Source of the DNA: Auanema rhodensis
Lineage: Eukaryota; Animalia; Nematoda
Assembly (NCBI GenBank): GCA_964057225.1
Contig: OZ059900.1
Location: 10,478,001 to 10,542,000 of the forward strand
DNA: 64,000 nt
Direction of reading: 5' to 3'
The notes under the pieces: model-generated
What the model saw: only the letters and a program-made list of their open reading frames with translations
Databases searched by the model: none
Told to the model about the DNA's origin: nothing
In this document: piece by piece, positions 1 through 12,700 of the stretch
Layout of the letters: every line of letters begins with the position of its first letter
Numbering within the stretch: the first letter of the stretch is position 1
Program-made: the position numbers and the translations under genes

Positions 1-104
1 TTGCAATATTCCGTGAAAATCTTTCGCCTTTTACTAAAGATTTCCGTGCATAGGGACGCATATGAGTATCTTTCTTTTTGGAATCCCCTCGAAAGAGCGG
101 GACA
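1..104 (+). ncRNA. U5: U5 snRNA copy, 5'-truncated by the window edge
   Basis: Contains aaatctttCGCCTTTTACTaaagattt (stem Ic/loop I) and the 3' hairpin; the first ~15 nt lie outside the window. Confidence 0.93.
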
Positions 105-291
105 TCAGCATATCAAAGCTTCAGATATAACAGGGTTGTAATATCTACAGCCTTCTTTAAAGAAAACAGCGGATTCAAAAGAAATAAAATAAACTGTAGT
201 TTGCTTTCATCTACAGTATGTATAGTTACATATATACATATAATTAACTTCCATATGATTACGTACATTTCGGGAGAGTGAGATATGGTTA

Positions 292-314
292 CCGAAAACT
301 CGAATGATATACGG
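292..314 (+). promoter_or_regulatory. Proximal sequence element (PSE, SNAPc site) of the U5 gene; repeated in every unit
   Basis: ccgaaaactcg-aatga-tatacgg lies at about -65..-43 from the inferred U5 +1 (357). Position and bipartite form resemble the C. elegans snRNA PSE as I recall it (GCGGAACCCG-N5-TGTCGG). It stays near-invariant even in the diverged edge copies. Confidence 0.7.
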
Positions 315-356
315 ATATCACCATCATAGGCCATGTTGCATGATGTTATACAGTCA

Positions 357-475
357 ACTTCTCTGGTTCCTTTGCAATATTCCGTGAAAATCTTTCGCCT
401 TTTACTAAAGATTTCCGTGCATAGGGACGCATATGAGTATCTTTCTTTTTGGAATCCCCTCGAAAGAGCGGGACA
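357..475 (+). ncRNA. U5: U5 spliceosomal snRNA, first complete copy (representative; recurs every ~371 bp to 53181)
   Basis: Universally conserved loop I CGCCUUUUAC(U) at 396-406 is closed by aaatcttt/aaagattt (388-395/407-414). It is followed by CCGUG, lower stem gttcct.tgca/tgca.agggac and ctc/gag, a U-rich Sm-position segment (441-452) and 3' hairpin tccc-ctc-GAAA-gag-c-ggga. Colinear with metazoan/nematode U5 as recalled (CUCUGGUUCC...CCGUGAAAAUCUUUCGCCUUUUACUAAAGAUUUCCGUGCA...GAGUAU...UUUUUGGA...GCGGG). Ends uncertain by a few nt. Confidence 0.96.
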
Positions 476-727
476 TCAGCATATCAAAGCTTCAGATATA
501 ACAGGGTTGTAATATCTACAGCCTTCTTTAAAGAAAACAGCGGATTCAAAAGAAATAAAATAAACTGTAGTTTGCTTTCATCTACAGTATGTATAGTTAC
601 ATATATACATATAATTAACTTCCATATGATTACGTACATTTCGGGAGAGTGAGATATGGTTACCGAAAACTCGAATGATATACGGATATCACCATCATAG
701 GCCATGTTGCATGATGTTATACAGTCA

Positions 728-3700
728 ACTTCTCTGGTTCCTTTGCAATATTCCGTGAAAATCTTTCGCCTTTTACTAAAGATTTCCGTGCATAGGGACG
801 CATATGAGTATCTTTCTTTTTGGAATCCCCTCGAAAGAGCGGGACATCAGCATATCAAAGCTTCAGATATAACAGGGTTGTAATATCTACAGCCTTCTTT
901 AAAGAAAACAGCGGATTCAAAAGAAATAAAATAAACTGTAGTTTGCTTTCATCTACAGTATGTATAGTTACATATATACATATAATTAACTTCCATATGA
1001 TTACGTACATTTCGGGAGAGTGAGATATGGTTACCGAAAACTCGAATGATATACGGATATCACCATCATAGGACATGTTGCATGATGTTATACAGTCAAC
1101 TTCTCTGGTTCCTTTGCAATATTCCGTGAAAATCTTTCGCCTTTTACTAAAGATTTCCGTGCATAGGGACGCATATGAGTATCTTTCTTTTTGGAATCCC
1201 CTCGAAAGAGCGGGACATCAGCATATCAAAGCTTCAGATATAACAGGGTTGTAATATCTACAGCCTTCTTTAAAGAAAACAGCGGATTCAAAAGAAATAA
1301 AATAAACTGTAGTTTGCTTTCATCTACAGTATGTATAGTTACATATATACATATAATTAACTTCCATATGATTACGTACATTTCGGGAGAGTGAGATATG
1401 GTTACCGAAAACTCGAATGATATACGGATATCACCATCATAGGCCATGTTGCATGATGTTATACAGTCAACTTCTCTGGTTCCTTTGCAATATTCCGTGA
1501 AAATCTTTCGCCTTTTACTAAAGATTTCCGTGCATAGGGACGCATATGAGTATCTTTCTTTTTGGAATCCCCTCGAAAGAGCGGGACATCAGCATATCAA
1601 AGCTTCAGATATAACAGGGTTGTAATCAGCCTTCTTTAAAGAAAACAGCGGATTCAAAAGAAATAAAATAAACTGTAGTTTGCTTTCATCTACAGTATGT
1701 ATAGTTACATATATACATATAATTAACTTCCATATGATTACGTACATTTCGGGAGAGTGAGATATGGTTACCGAAAACTCGAATGATATACGGATATCAC
1801 CATCATAGGCCATGTTGCATGATGTTCTACAGTCAACTTCTCTGGTTCCTTTGCAATATTCCGTGAAAATCTTTCGCCTTTTACTAAAGATTTCCGTGCA
1901 TAGGGACGCATATGAGTATCTTTCTTTTTGGAATCCCCTCGAAAGAGCGGGACATCAGCATATCAAAGCTTCAGATATAACAGGGTTGTAATATCTACAG
2001 CCTTCTTTAAAGAAAACAGCGGATTCAAAAGAAATAAAATAAACTGTAGTTTGCTTTCATCTACAGTATGTATAGTTACATATATACATATAATTAACTT
2101 CCATATGATTACGTACATTTCGGGAGAGTGAGATATGGTTACCGAAAACTCGAATGATATACGGATATCACCATCATAGGCCATGTTGCATGATGTTATA
2201 CAGTCAACTTCTCTGGTTCCTTTGCAATATTCCGTGAAAATCTTTCGCCTTTTACTAAAGATTTCCGTGCATAGGAACGCATATGAGTATCTTTCTTTTT
2301 GGAATCCCCTCGAAAGAGCGGGACATCAGCATATCAAAGCTTCAGATATAACAGGGTTGTAATATCTACAGCCTTCTTTAAAGAAAACAGCGGATTCAAA
2401 AGAAATAAAATAAACTGTACTTTGCTTTCATCTACAGTATGTATAGTTACATATATACATATAATTAACTTCCATATGATTACGTACATTTCGGGAGAGT
2501 GAGATATGGTTACCGAAAACTCGAATGATATACGGATATCACCATCATAGGCCATGTTGCATGATGTTATACAGTCAACTTCTCTGGTTCCTTTGCAATA
2601 TTCCGTGAAAATCTTTCGCCTTTTACTAAAGATTTCCGTGCATAGGAACGCATATGAGTATCTTTCTTTTTGGAATCCCCTCGAAAGAGCGGGACATCAG
2701 CATATCAAAGCTTCAGATATAACAGGGTTGTAATATCTACAGCCTTCTTTAAAGAAAACAGCGGATTCAAAAGAAATAAAATAAACTGTAGTTTGCTTTC
2801 ATCTACAGTATGTATAGTTACATATATACATATAATTAACTTCCATATGATTACGTACATTTCGGGAGAGTGAGATATGGTTACCGAAAACTCGAATGAT
2901 ATACGGATATCACCATCATAGGCCATGTTGCATGATGTTATACAGTCAACTTCTCTGGTTCCTTTGCAATATTCCGTGAAAATCTTTCGCCTTTTACTAA
3001 AGATTTCCGTGCATAGGAACGCATATGAGTATCTTTCTTTTTGGAATCCCCTCGAAAGAGCGGGACATCAGCATATCAAAGCTTCAGATATAACAGGGTT
3101 GTAATATCTACAGCCTTCTTTAAAGAAAACAGCGGATTCAAAAGAAATAAAATAAACTGTAGTTTGCTTTCATCTACAGTATGTATAGTTACATATATAC
3201 ATATAATTAACTTCCATATGATTACGTACATTTCGGGAGAGTGAGATATGGTTACCGAAAACTCGAATGATATACGGATATCACCATCATAGGCCATGTT
3301 GCATGATGTTATACAGTCAACTTCTCTGGTTCCTTTGCAATATTCCGTGAAAATCTTTCGCCTTTTACTAAAGATTTCCGTGCATAGGAACGCATATGAG
3401 TATCTTTCTTTTTGGAATCCCCTCGAAAGAGCGGGACATCAGCATATCAAAGCTTCAGATATAACAGGGTTGTAATCAGCCTTCTTTAAAGAAAACAGCG
3501 GATTCAAAAGAAATAAAATAAACTGTAGTTTGCTTTCATCTACAGTATGTATAGTTACATATATACATATAATTAACTTCCATATGATTACGTACATTTC
3601 GGGAGAGTGAGATATGGTTACCGAAAACTCGAATGATATACGGATATCACCATCATAGGCCATGTTGCATGATGTTATACAGTCAACTTCTCTGGTTCCT

Positions 3701-6700
3701 TTGCAATATTCCGTGAAAATCTTTCGCCTTTTACTAAAGATTTCCGTGCATAGGAACGCATATGAGTATCTTTCTTTTTGGAATCCCCTCGAAAGAGCGG
3801 GACATCAGCATATCAAAGCTTCAGATATAACAGGGTTGTAATATCTACAGCCTTCTTTAAAGAAAACAGCGGATTCAAAAGAAATAAAATAAACTGTAGT
3901 TTGCTTTCATCTACAGTATGTATAGTTACATATATACATATAATTAAGTTCCATGTCATTACGTACATTTCGGGAGAGTGAGATATGGTTACCGAAAACT
4001 CGAATGATATACGGATATCACCATCATAGGCCATGTTGCATGATGTTATACAGTCAACTTCTCTGGTTCCTTTGCAATATTCCGTGAAAATCTTTCGCCT
4101 TTTACTAAAGATTTCCGTGCATAGGAACGCATATGAGTATCTTTCTTTTTGGAATCCCCTCGAAAGAGCGGGACATCAGCATATCAAAGCTTCAGATATA
4201 ACAGGGTTGTAATATCTACAGCCTTCTTTAAAGAAAACAGCGGATTCAAAAGAAATAAAATAAACTGTAGTTTGCTTTCATCTACAGTATGTATAGTTAC
4301 ATATATACATATAATTAACTTCCATATGATTACGTACATTTCGGGAGAGTGAGATATGGTTACCGAAAACTCGAATGATATACGGATATCACCATCATAG
4401 GCCATGTTGCATGATGTTATACAGTCAACTTCTCTGGTTCCTTTGCAATATTCCGTGAAAATCTTTCGCCTTTTACTAAAGATTTCCGTGCATAGGAACG
4501 CATATGAGTATCTTTCTTTTTGGAATCCCCTCGAAAGAGCGGGACATCAGCATATCAAAGCTTCAGATATAACAGGGTTGTAATCAGCCTTCTTTAAAGA
4601 AAACAGCGGATTCAAAAGAAATAAAATAAACTGTAGTTTGCTTTCATCTACAGTATGTATAGTTACATATATACATATAATTAACTTCCATATGATTACG
4701 TACATTTCGGGAGAGTGAGATATGGTTACCGAAAACTCGAATGATATACGGATATCACCATCATAGGCCATGTTGCATGATGTTATACAGTCAACTTCTC
4801 TGGTTCCTTTGCAATATTCCGTGAAAATCTTTCGCCTTTTACTAAAGATTTCCGTGCATAGGAACGCATATGAGTATCTTTCTTTTTGGAATCCCCTCGA
4901 AAGAGCGGGACATCAGCATATCAAAGCTTCAGATATAACAGGGTTGTAATATCTACAGCCTTCTTTAAAGAAAACAGCGGATTCAAAAGAAATAAAATAA
5001 ACTGTAGTTTGCTTTCATCTACAGTATGTATAGTTACATATATACATATAATTAACTTCCATATGATTACGTACATTTCGGGAGAGTGAGATATGGTTAC
5101 CGAAAACTCGAATGATATACGGATATCACCATCATAGGCCATGTTGCATGATGTTATACAGTCAACTTCTCTGGTTCCTTTGCAATATTCCGTGAAAATC
5201 TTTCGCCTTTTACTAAAGATTTCCGTGCATAGGAACGCATATGAGTATCTTTCTTTTTGGAATCCCCTCGAAAGAGCGGGACATCAGCATATCAAAGCTT
5301 CAGATATAACAGGGTTGTAATATCTACAGCCTTCTTTAAAGAAAACAGCGGATTCAAAAGAAATAAAATAAACTGTAGTTTGCTTTCATCTACAGTATGT
5401 ATAGTTACATATATACATATAATTAACTTCCATATGATTACGTACATTTCGGGAGAGTGAGATATGGTTACCGAAAACTCGAATGATATACGGATATCAC
5501 CATCATAGGCCATGTTGCATGATGTTATACCGTCAACTTCTCTGGTTCCTTTGCAATATTCCGTGAAAATCTTTCGCCTTTTACTAAAGATTTCCGTGCA
5601 TAGGGACGCATATGAGTATCTTTCTTTTTGGAATCCCCTCGAAAGAGCGGGACATCAGCATATCAAAGCTTCAGATATAACAGGGTTGTAATATCTACAG
5701 CCTTCTTTGAAGAAAACAGCGGATTCAAAAGAAATAAAATAAACTGTAGTTTGCTTTCATCTACAGTATGTATAGTTACATATATACATATAATTAACTT
5801 CCATATGATTACGTACATTTCGGGAGAGTGAGATATGGTTACCGAAAACTCGAATGATATACGGATATCACCATCATAGGCCATGTTGCATGATGTTATA
5901 CAGTCAACTTCTCTGGTTCCTTTGCAATATTCCGTGAAAATCTTTCGCCTTTTACTAAAGATTTCCGTGCATAGGGACGCATATGAGTATCTTTCTTTTT
6001 GGAATCCCCTCGAAAGAGCGGGACATCAGCATATCAAAGCTTCAGATATAACAGGGTTGTAATATCTAGAGCCTTCTTTAAAGAAAACAGCGGACTCAAA
6101 AGAAATAAAATAAACTGTAGTTTGCTTTCATCTACAGTATGTATAGTTACATATATACATATAATTAACTTCCATATGATTACGTACATTTCGGGAGAGT
6201 GAGATATGGTTACCGAAAACTCGAATGATATACGGATATCACCATCATAGGCCATGTTGCATGATGTTATACAGTCAACTTCTCTGGTTCCTTTGCAATA
6301 TTCCGTGAAAATCTTTCGCCTTTTACTAAAGATTTCCGTGCATAGGGACGCATATGAGTATCTTTCTTTTTGGAATCCCCTCGAAAGAGCGGGACATCAG
6401 CATATCAAAGCTTCAGATATAACAGGGTTGTAATATCTACAGCCTTCTTTAAAGAAAACAGCGGATTCAAAAGAAATAAAATAAACTGTAGTTTGCTTTC
6501 ATCTACAGTATGTATAGTTACATATATACATATAATTAACTTCCATATGATTACGTACATTTCGGGAGAGTGAGATATGGTTACCGAAAACTCGAATGAT
6601 ATACGGATATCACCATCATAGGCCATGTTGCATGATATTATACAGTCAACTTCTCTGGTTCCTTTGCAATATTCCGTGAAAATCTTTCGCCTTTTACTAA

Positions 6701-9700
6701 AGATTTCCGTGCATAGGGACGCATATGAGTATCTTTCTTTTTGGAATCCCCTCGAAAGAGCGGGACATCAGCATATCAAAGCTTCAGATATAACAGGGTT
6801 GTAATATCTACAGCCTTCTTTAAAGAAAACAGCGGATTCAAAAGAAATAAAATAAACTGTAGTTTGCTTTCATCTACAGTATGTATAGTTACATATATAC
6901 ATATAATTAACTTCCATATGATTACGTACATTTCGGGAGAGTGAGATATGGTTACCGAAAACTCGAATGATATACGGATATCACCATCATAGGCCATGTT
7001 GCATGATGTTCTACAGTCAACTTCTCTGGTTCCTTTGCAATATTCCGTGAAAATCTTTCGCCTTTTACTAAAGATTTCCGTGCATAGGGACGCATATGAG
7101 TATCTTTCTTTTTGGAATCCCCTCGAAAGAGCGGGACATCAGCATATCAAAGCTTCAGATATAACAGGGTTGTAATATCTACAGCCTTCTTTAAAGAAAA
7201 CAGCGGATTCAAAAGAAATAAAATAAACTGTAGTTTGCTTTCATCTACAGTATGTATAGTTACATATATACATATAATTAACTTCCATATGATTACGTAC
7301 ATTTCGGGAGAGTGAGATATGGTTACCGAAAACTCGAATGATATACGGATATCACCATCATAGGCCATGTTGCATGATGTTATACAGTCAACTTCTCTGG
7401 TTCCTTTGCAATATTCCGTGAAAATCTTTCGCCTTTTACTAAAGATTTCCGTGCATAGGGACGCATATGAGTATCTTTCTTTTTGGAATCCCCTTGAAAG
7501 AGCGGGACATCAGCATATCAAAGCTTCAGATATAACAGGGTTGTAATATCTACAGCCTTCTTTAAAGAAAACAGCGGACTCAAAAGAAATAAAATAAACT
7601 GTAGTTTGCTTTCATCTACAGTATGTATAGTTACATATATACATATAATTAACTTCCATATGATTACGTACATTTCGGGAGAGTGAGATATGGTTACCGA
7701 AAACTCGAATGATATACGGATATCACCATCATAGGCCATGTTGCATGATGTTATACAGTCAACTTCTCTGGTTCCTTTGCAATATTCCGTGAAAATCTTT
7801 CGCCTTTTACTAAAGATTTCCGTGCATAGGGACGCATATGAGTATCTTTCTTTTTGGAATCCCCTCGAAAGAGCGGGACATCAGCATATCAAAGCTTCAG
7901 ATATAACAGGGTTGTAATATCTACAGCCTTCTTTAAAGAAAACAGCGGATTCAAAAGAAATAAAATAAACTGTAGTTTGCTTTCATCTACAGTATGTATA
8001 GTTACATATATACATATAATTAACTTCCATATGATTACGTACATTTCGGGAGAGTGAGATATGGTTACCGAAAACTCGAATGATATACGGATATCACCAT
8101 CATAGGCCATGTTGCATGATATTATACAGTCAACTTCTCTGGTTCCTTTGCAATATTCCGTGAAAATCTTTCGCCTTTTACTAAAGATTTCCGTGCATAG
8201 GGACGCATATGAGTATCTTTCTTTTTGGAATCCCCTCGAAAGAGCGGGACATCAGCATATCAAAGCTTCAGATATAACAGGGTTGTAATATCTACAGCCT
8301 TCTTTAAAGAAAACAGCGGATTCAAAAGAAATAAAATAAACTGTAGTTTGCTTTCATCTACAGTATGTATAGTTACATATATACATATAATTAACTTCCA
8401 TATGATTACGTACATTTCGGGAGAGTGAGATATGGTTACCGAAAACTCGAATGATATACGGATATCACCATCATAGGCCATGTTGCATGATGTTCTACAG
8501 TCAACTTCTCTGGTTCCTTTGCAATATTCCGTGAAAATCTTTCGCCTTTTACTAAAGATTTCCGTGCATAGGGACGCATATGAGTATCTTTCTTTTTGGA
8601 ATCCCCTCGAAAGAGCGGGACATCAGCATATCAAAGCTTCAGATATAACAGGGTTGTAATATCTACAGCCTTCTTTAAAGAAAACAGCGGATTCAAAAGA
8701 AATAAAATAAACTGTAGTTTGCTTTCATCTACAGTATGTATAGTTACATATATACATATAATTAACTTCCATATGATTACGTACATTTCGGGAGAGTGAG
8801 ATATGGTTACCGAAAACTCGAATGATATACGGATATCACCATCATAGGCCATGTTGCATGATGTTATACAGTCAACTTCTCTGGTTCCTTTGCAATATTC
8901 CGTGAAAATCTTTCGCCTTTTACTAAAGATTTCCGTGCATAGGGACGCATATGAGTATCTTTCTTTTTGGAATCCCCTTGAAAGAGCGGGACATCAGCAT
9001 ATCAAAGCTTCAGATATAACAGGGTTGTAATATCTACAGCCTTCTTTAAAGAAAACAGCGGACTCAAAAGAAATAAAATAAACTGTAGTTTGCTTTCATC
9101 TACAGTATGTATAGTTACATATATACATATAATTAACTTCCATATGATTACGTACATTTCGGGAGAGTGAGATATGGTTACCGAAAACTCGAATGATATA
9201 CGGATATCACCATCATAGGCCATGTTGCATGATGTTATACAGTCAACTTCTCTGGTTCCTTTGCAATATTCCGTGAAAATCTTTCGCCTTTTACTAAAGA
9301 TTTCCGTGCATAGGGACGCATATGAGTATCTTTCTTTTTGGAATCCCCTCGAAAGAGCGGGACATCAGCATATCAAAGCTTCAGATATAACAGGGTTGTA
9401 ATCAGCCTTCTTTAAAGAAAACAGCGGATTCAAAAGAAATAAAATAAACTGTAGTTTGCTTTCATCTACAGTATGTATAGTTACATATATACATATAATT
9501 AACTTCCATATGATTACGTACATTTCGGGAGAGTGAGATATGGTTACCGAAAACTCGAATGATATACGGATATCACCATCATAGGCCATGTTGCATGATG
9601 TTATACAGTCAACTTCTCTGGTTCCTTTGCAATATTCCGTGAAAATCTTTCGCCTTTTACTAAAGATTTCCGTGCATAGGGACGCATATGAGTATCTTTC

Positions 9701-12700
9701 TTTTTGGAATCCCCTCGAAAGAGCGGGACATCAGCATATCAAAGCTTCAGATATAACAGGGTTGTAATATCTACAGCCTTCTTTAAAGAAAACAGCGGAT
9801 TCAAAAGAAATAAAATAAACTGTAGTTTGCTTTCATCTACAGTATGTATAGTTACATATATACATATAATTAACTTCCATATGATTACGTACATTTCGGG
9901 AGAGTGAGATATGGTTACCGAAAACTCGAATGATATACGGATATCACCATCATAGGCCATGTTGCATGATGTTATACAGTCAACTTCTCTGGTTCCTTTG
10001 CAATATTCCGTGAAAATCTTTCGCCTTTTACTAAAGATTTCCGTGCATAGGGACGCATATGAGTATCTTTCTTTTTGGAATCCCCTCGAAAGAGCGGGAC
10101 ATCAGCATATCAAAGCTTCAGATATAACAGGGTTGTAATATCTACAGCCTTCTTTAAAGAAAACAGCGGATTCAAAAGAAATAAAATAAACTGTAGTTTG
10201 CTTTCATCTACAGTATGTATAGTTACATATATACATATAATTAACTTCCATATGATTACGTACATTTCGGGAGAGTGAGATATGGTTACCGAAAACTCGA
10301 ATGATATACGGATATCACCATCATAGGCCATGTTGCATGATGTTATACAGTCAACTTCTCTGGTTCCTTTGCAATATTCCGTGAAAATCTTTCGCCTTTT
10401 ACTAAAGATTTCCGTGCATAGGGACGCATATGAGTATCTTTCTTTTTGGAATCCCCTCGAAAGAGCGGGACATCAGCATATCAAAGCTTCAGATATAACA
10501 GGGTTGTAATATCTACAGCCTTCTTTAAAGAAAACAGCGGATTCAAAAGAAATAAAATAAACTGTAGTTTGCTTTCATCTACAGTATGTATAGTTACATA
10601 TATACATATAATTAACTTCCATATGATTACGTACATTTCGGGAGAGTGAGATATGGTTACCGAAAACTCGAATGATATACGGATATCACCATCATAGGCC
10701 ATGTTGCATGATGTTATACAGTCAACTTCTCTGGTTCCTTTGCAATATTCCGTGAAAATCTTTCGCCTTTTACTAAAGATTTCCGTGCATAGGGACGCAT
10801 ATGAGTATCTTTCTTTTTGGAATCCCCTCGAAAGAGCGGGACATCAGCATATCAAAGCTTCAGATATAACAGGGTTGTAATATCTACAGCCTTCTTTAAA
10901 GAAAACAGCGGATTCAAAAGAAATAAAATAAACTGTAGTTTGCTTTCATCTACAGTATGTATAGTTACATATATACATATAATTAACTTCCATATGATTA
11001 CGTACATTTCGGGAGAGTGAGATATGGTTACCGAAAACTCGAATGATATACGGATATCACCATCATAGGCCATGTTGCATGATGTTATACAGTCAACTTC
11101 TCTGGTTCCTTTGCAATATTCCGTGAAAATCTTTCGCCTTTTACTAAAGATTTCCGTGCATAGGGACGCATATGAGTATCTTTCTATTTGGAATCCCCTC
11201 GAAAGAGCGGGACATCAGCATATCAAAGCTTCAGATATAACAGGGTTGTAATATCTACAGCCTTCTTTAAAGAAAACAGCGGATTCAAAAGAAATAAAAT
11301 AAACTGTAGTTTGCTTTCATCTACAGTATGTATAGTTACATATATACATATAATTAACTTCCATATGATTACGTACATTTCGGGAGAGTGAGATATGGTT
11401 ACCGAAAACTCGAATGATATACGGATATCACCATCATAGGCCATGTTGCATGATGTTATACAGTCAACTTCTCTGGTTCCTTTGCAATATTCCGTGAAAA
11501 TCTTTCGCCTTTTACTAAAGATTTCCGTGCATAGGGACGCATATGAGTATCTTTCTTTTTGGAATCCCCTCGAAAGAGCGGGACATCAGCATATCAAAGC
11601 TTCAGATATAACAGGGTTGTAATATCTACAGCCTTCTTTAAAGAAAACAGCGGATTCAAAAGAAATAAAATAAACTGTAGTTTGCTTTCATCTACAGTAT
11701 GTATAGTTACATATATACATATAATTAAGTTCCATGTCATTACGTACATTTCGGGAGAGTGAGATATGGTTACCGAAAACTCGAATGATATACAGATATC
11801 ACCATCATAGGCCATGTTGCATGATGTTATACAGTCAACTTCTCTGGTTCCTTTGCAATATTCCGTGAAAATCTTTCGCCTTTTACTAAAGATTTCCGTG
11901 CATAGGGACGCATATGAGTATCTTTCTTTTTGGAATCCCCTCGAAAGAGCGGGACATCAGCATATCAAAGCTTCAGATATAACAGGGTTGTAATATCTAC
12001 AGCCTTCTTTAAAGAAAACAGCGGATTCAAAAGAAATAAAATAAACTGTAGTTTGCTTTCATCTACAGTATGTATAGTTACATATATACATATAATTAAC
12101 TTCCATATGATTACGTACATTTCGGGAGAGTGAGATATGGTTACCGAAAACTCGAATGATATACGGATATCACCATCATAGGCCATGTTGCATGATGTTA
12201 TACAGTCAACTTCTCTGGTTCCTTTGCAATATTCCGTGAAAATCTTTCGCCTTTTACTAAAGATTTCCGTGCATAGGGACGCATATGAGTATCTTTCTTT
12301 TTGGAATCCCCTTGAAAGAGCGGGACATCAGCATATCAAAGCTTCAGATATAACAGGGTTGTAATATCTACAGCCTTCTTTAAAGAAAACAGCGGATTCA
12401 AAAGAAATAAAATAAACTGTAGTTTGCTTTCATCTACAGTATGTATAGTTACATATATACATATAATTAACTTCCATATGATTACGTACATTTCGGGAGA
12501 GTGAGATATGGTTACCGAAAACTCGAATGATATACGGATATCACCATCATAGGCCATGTTGCATGATGTTATACAGTCAACTTCTCTGGTTCCTTTGCAA
12601 TATTCCGTGAAAATCTTTCGCCTTTTACTAAAGATTTCCGTGCATAGGGACGCATATGAGTATCTTTCTTTTTGGAATCCCCTCGAAAGAGCGGGACATC

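Noticed and set aside
160-172. Minus-strand CTGTTTTC resembling the piRNA Ruby motif CTGTTTCA
   Set aside because: Imperfect match, mutated in edge copies (ggaatcagc), and no supporting context.
193-217. actgtag/ctacagt inverted repeat as a MITE end
   Set aside because: Only 7 bp with an 11-nt loop, and no target-site duplication or element body.
78-281. Repeated 67-aa plus-strand ORF (MESPRKSG...), with 73/83/106-aa variants
   Set aside because: Starts at a TTG inside the U5 U-run, overlaps the U5 3' hairpin, and is broken by stops or frameshifts in many copies (nearly all edge copies).
113-334. Repeated 73-aa hydrophobic minus-strand ORF (MAYDGDIR...)
   Set aside because: Spans AT-rich spacer and the PSE, is repeatedly disrupted (TGG>TGA/TAG, -5, -2, -1, +1, +4 indels) and has no recognisable domain; its recurrence is just repeat identity.
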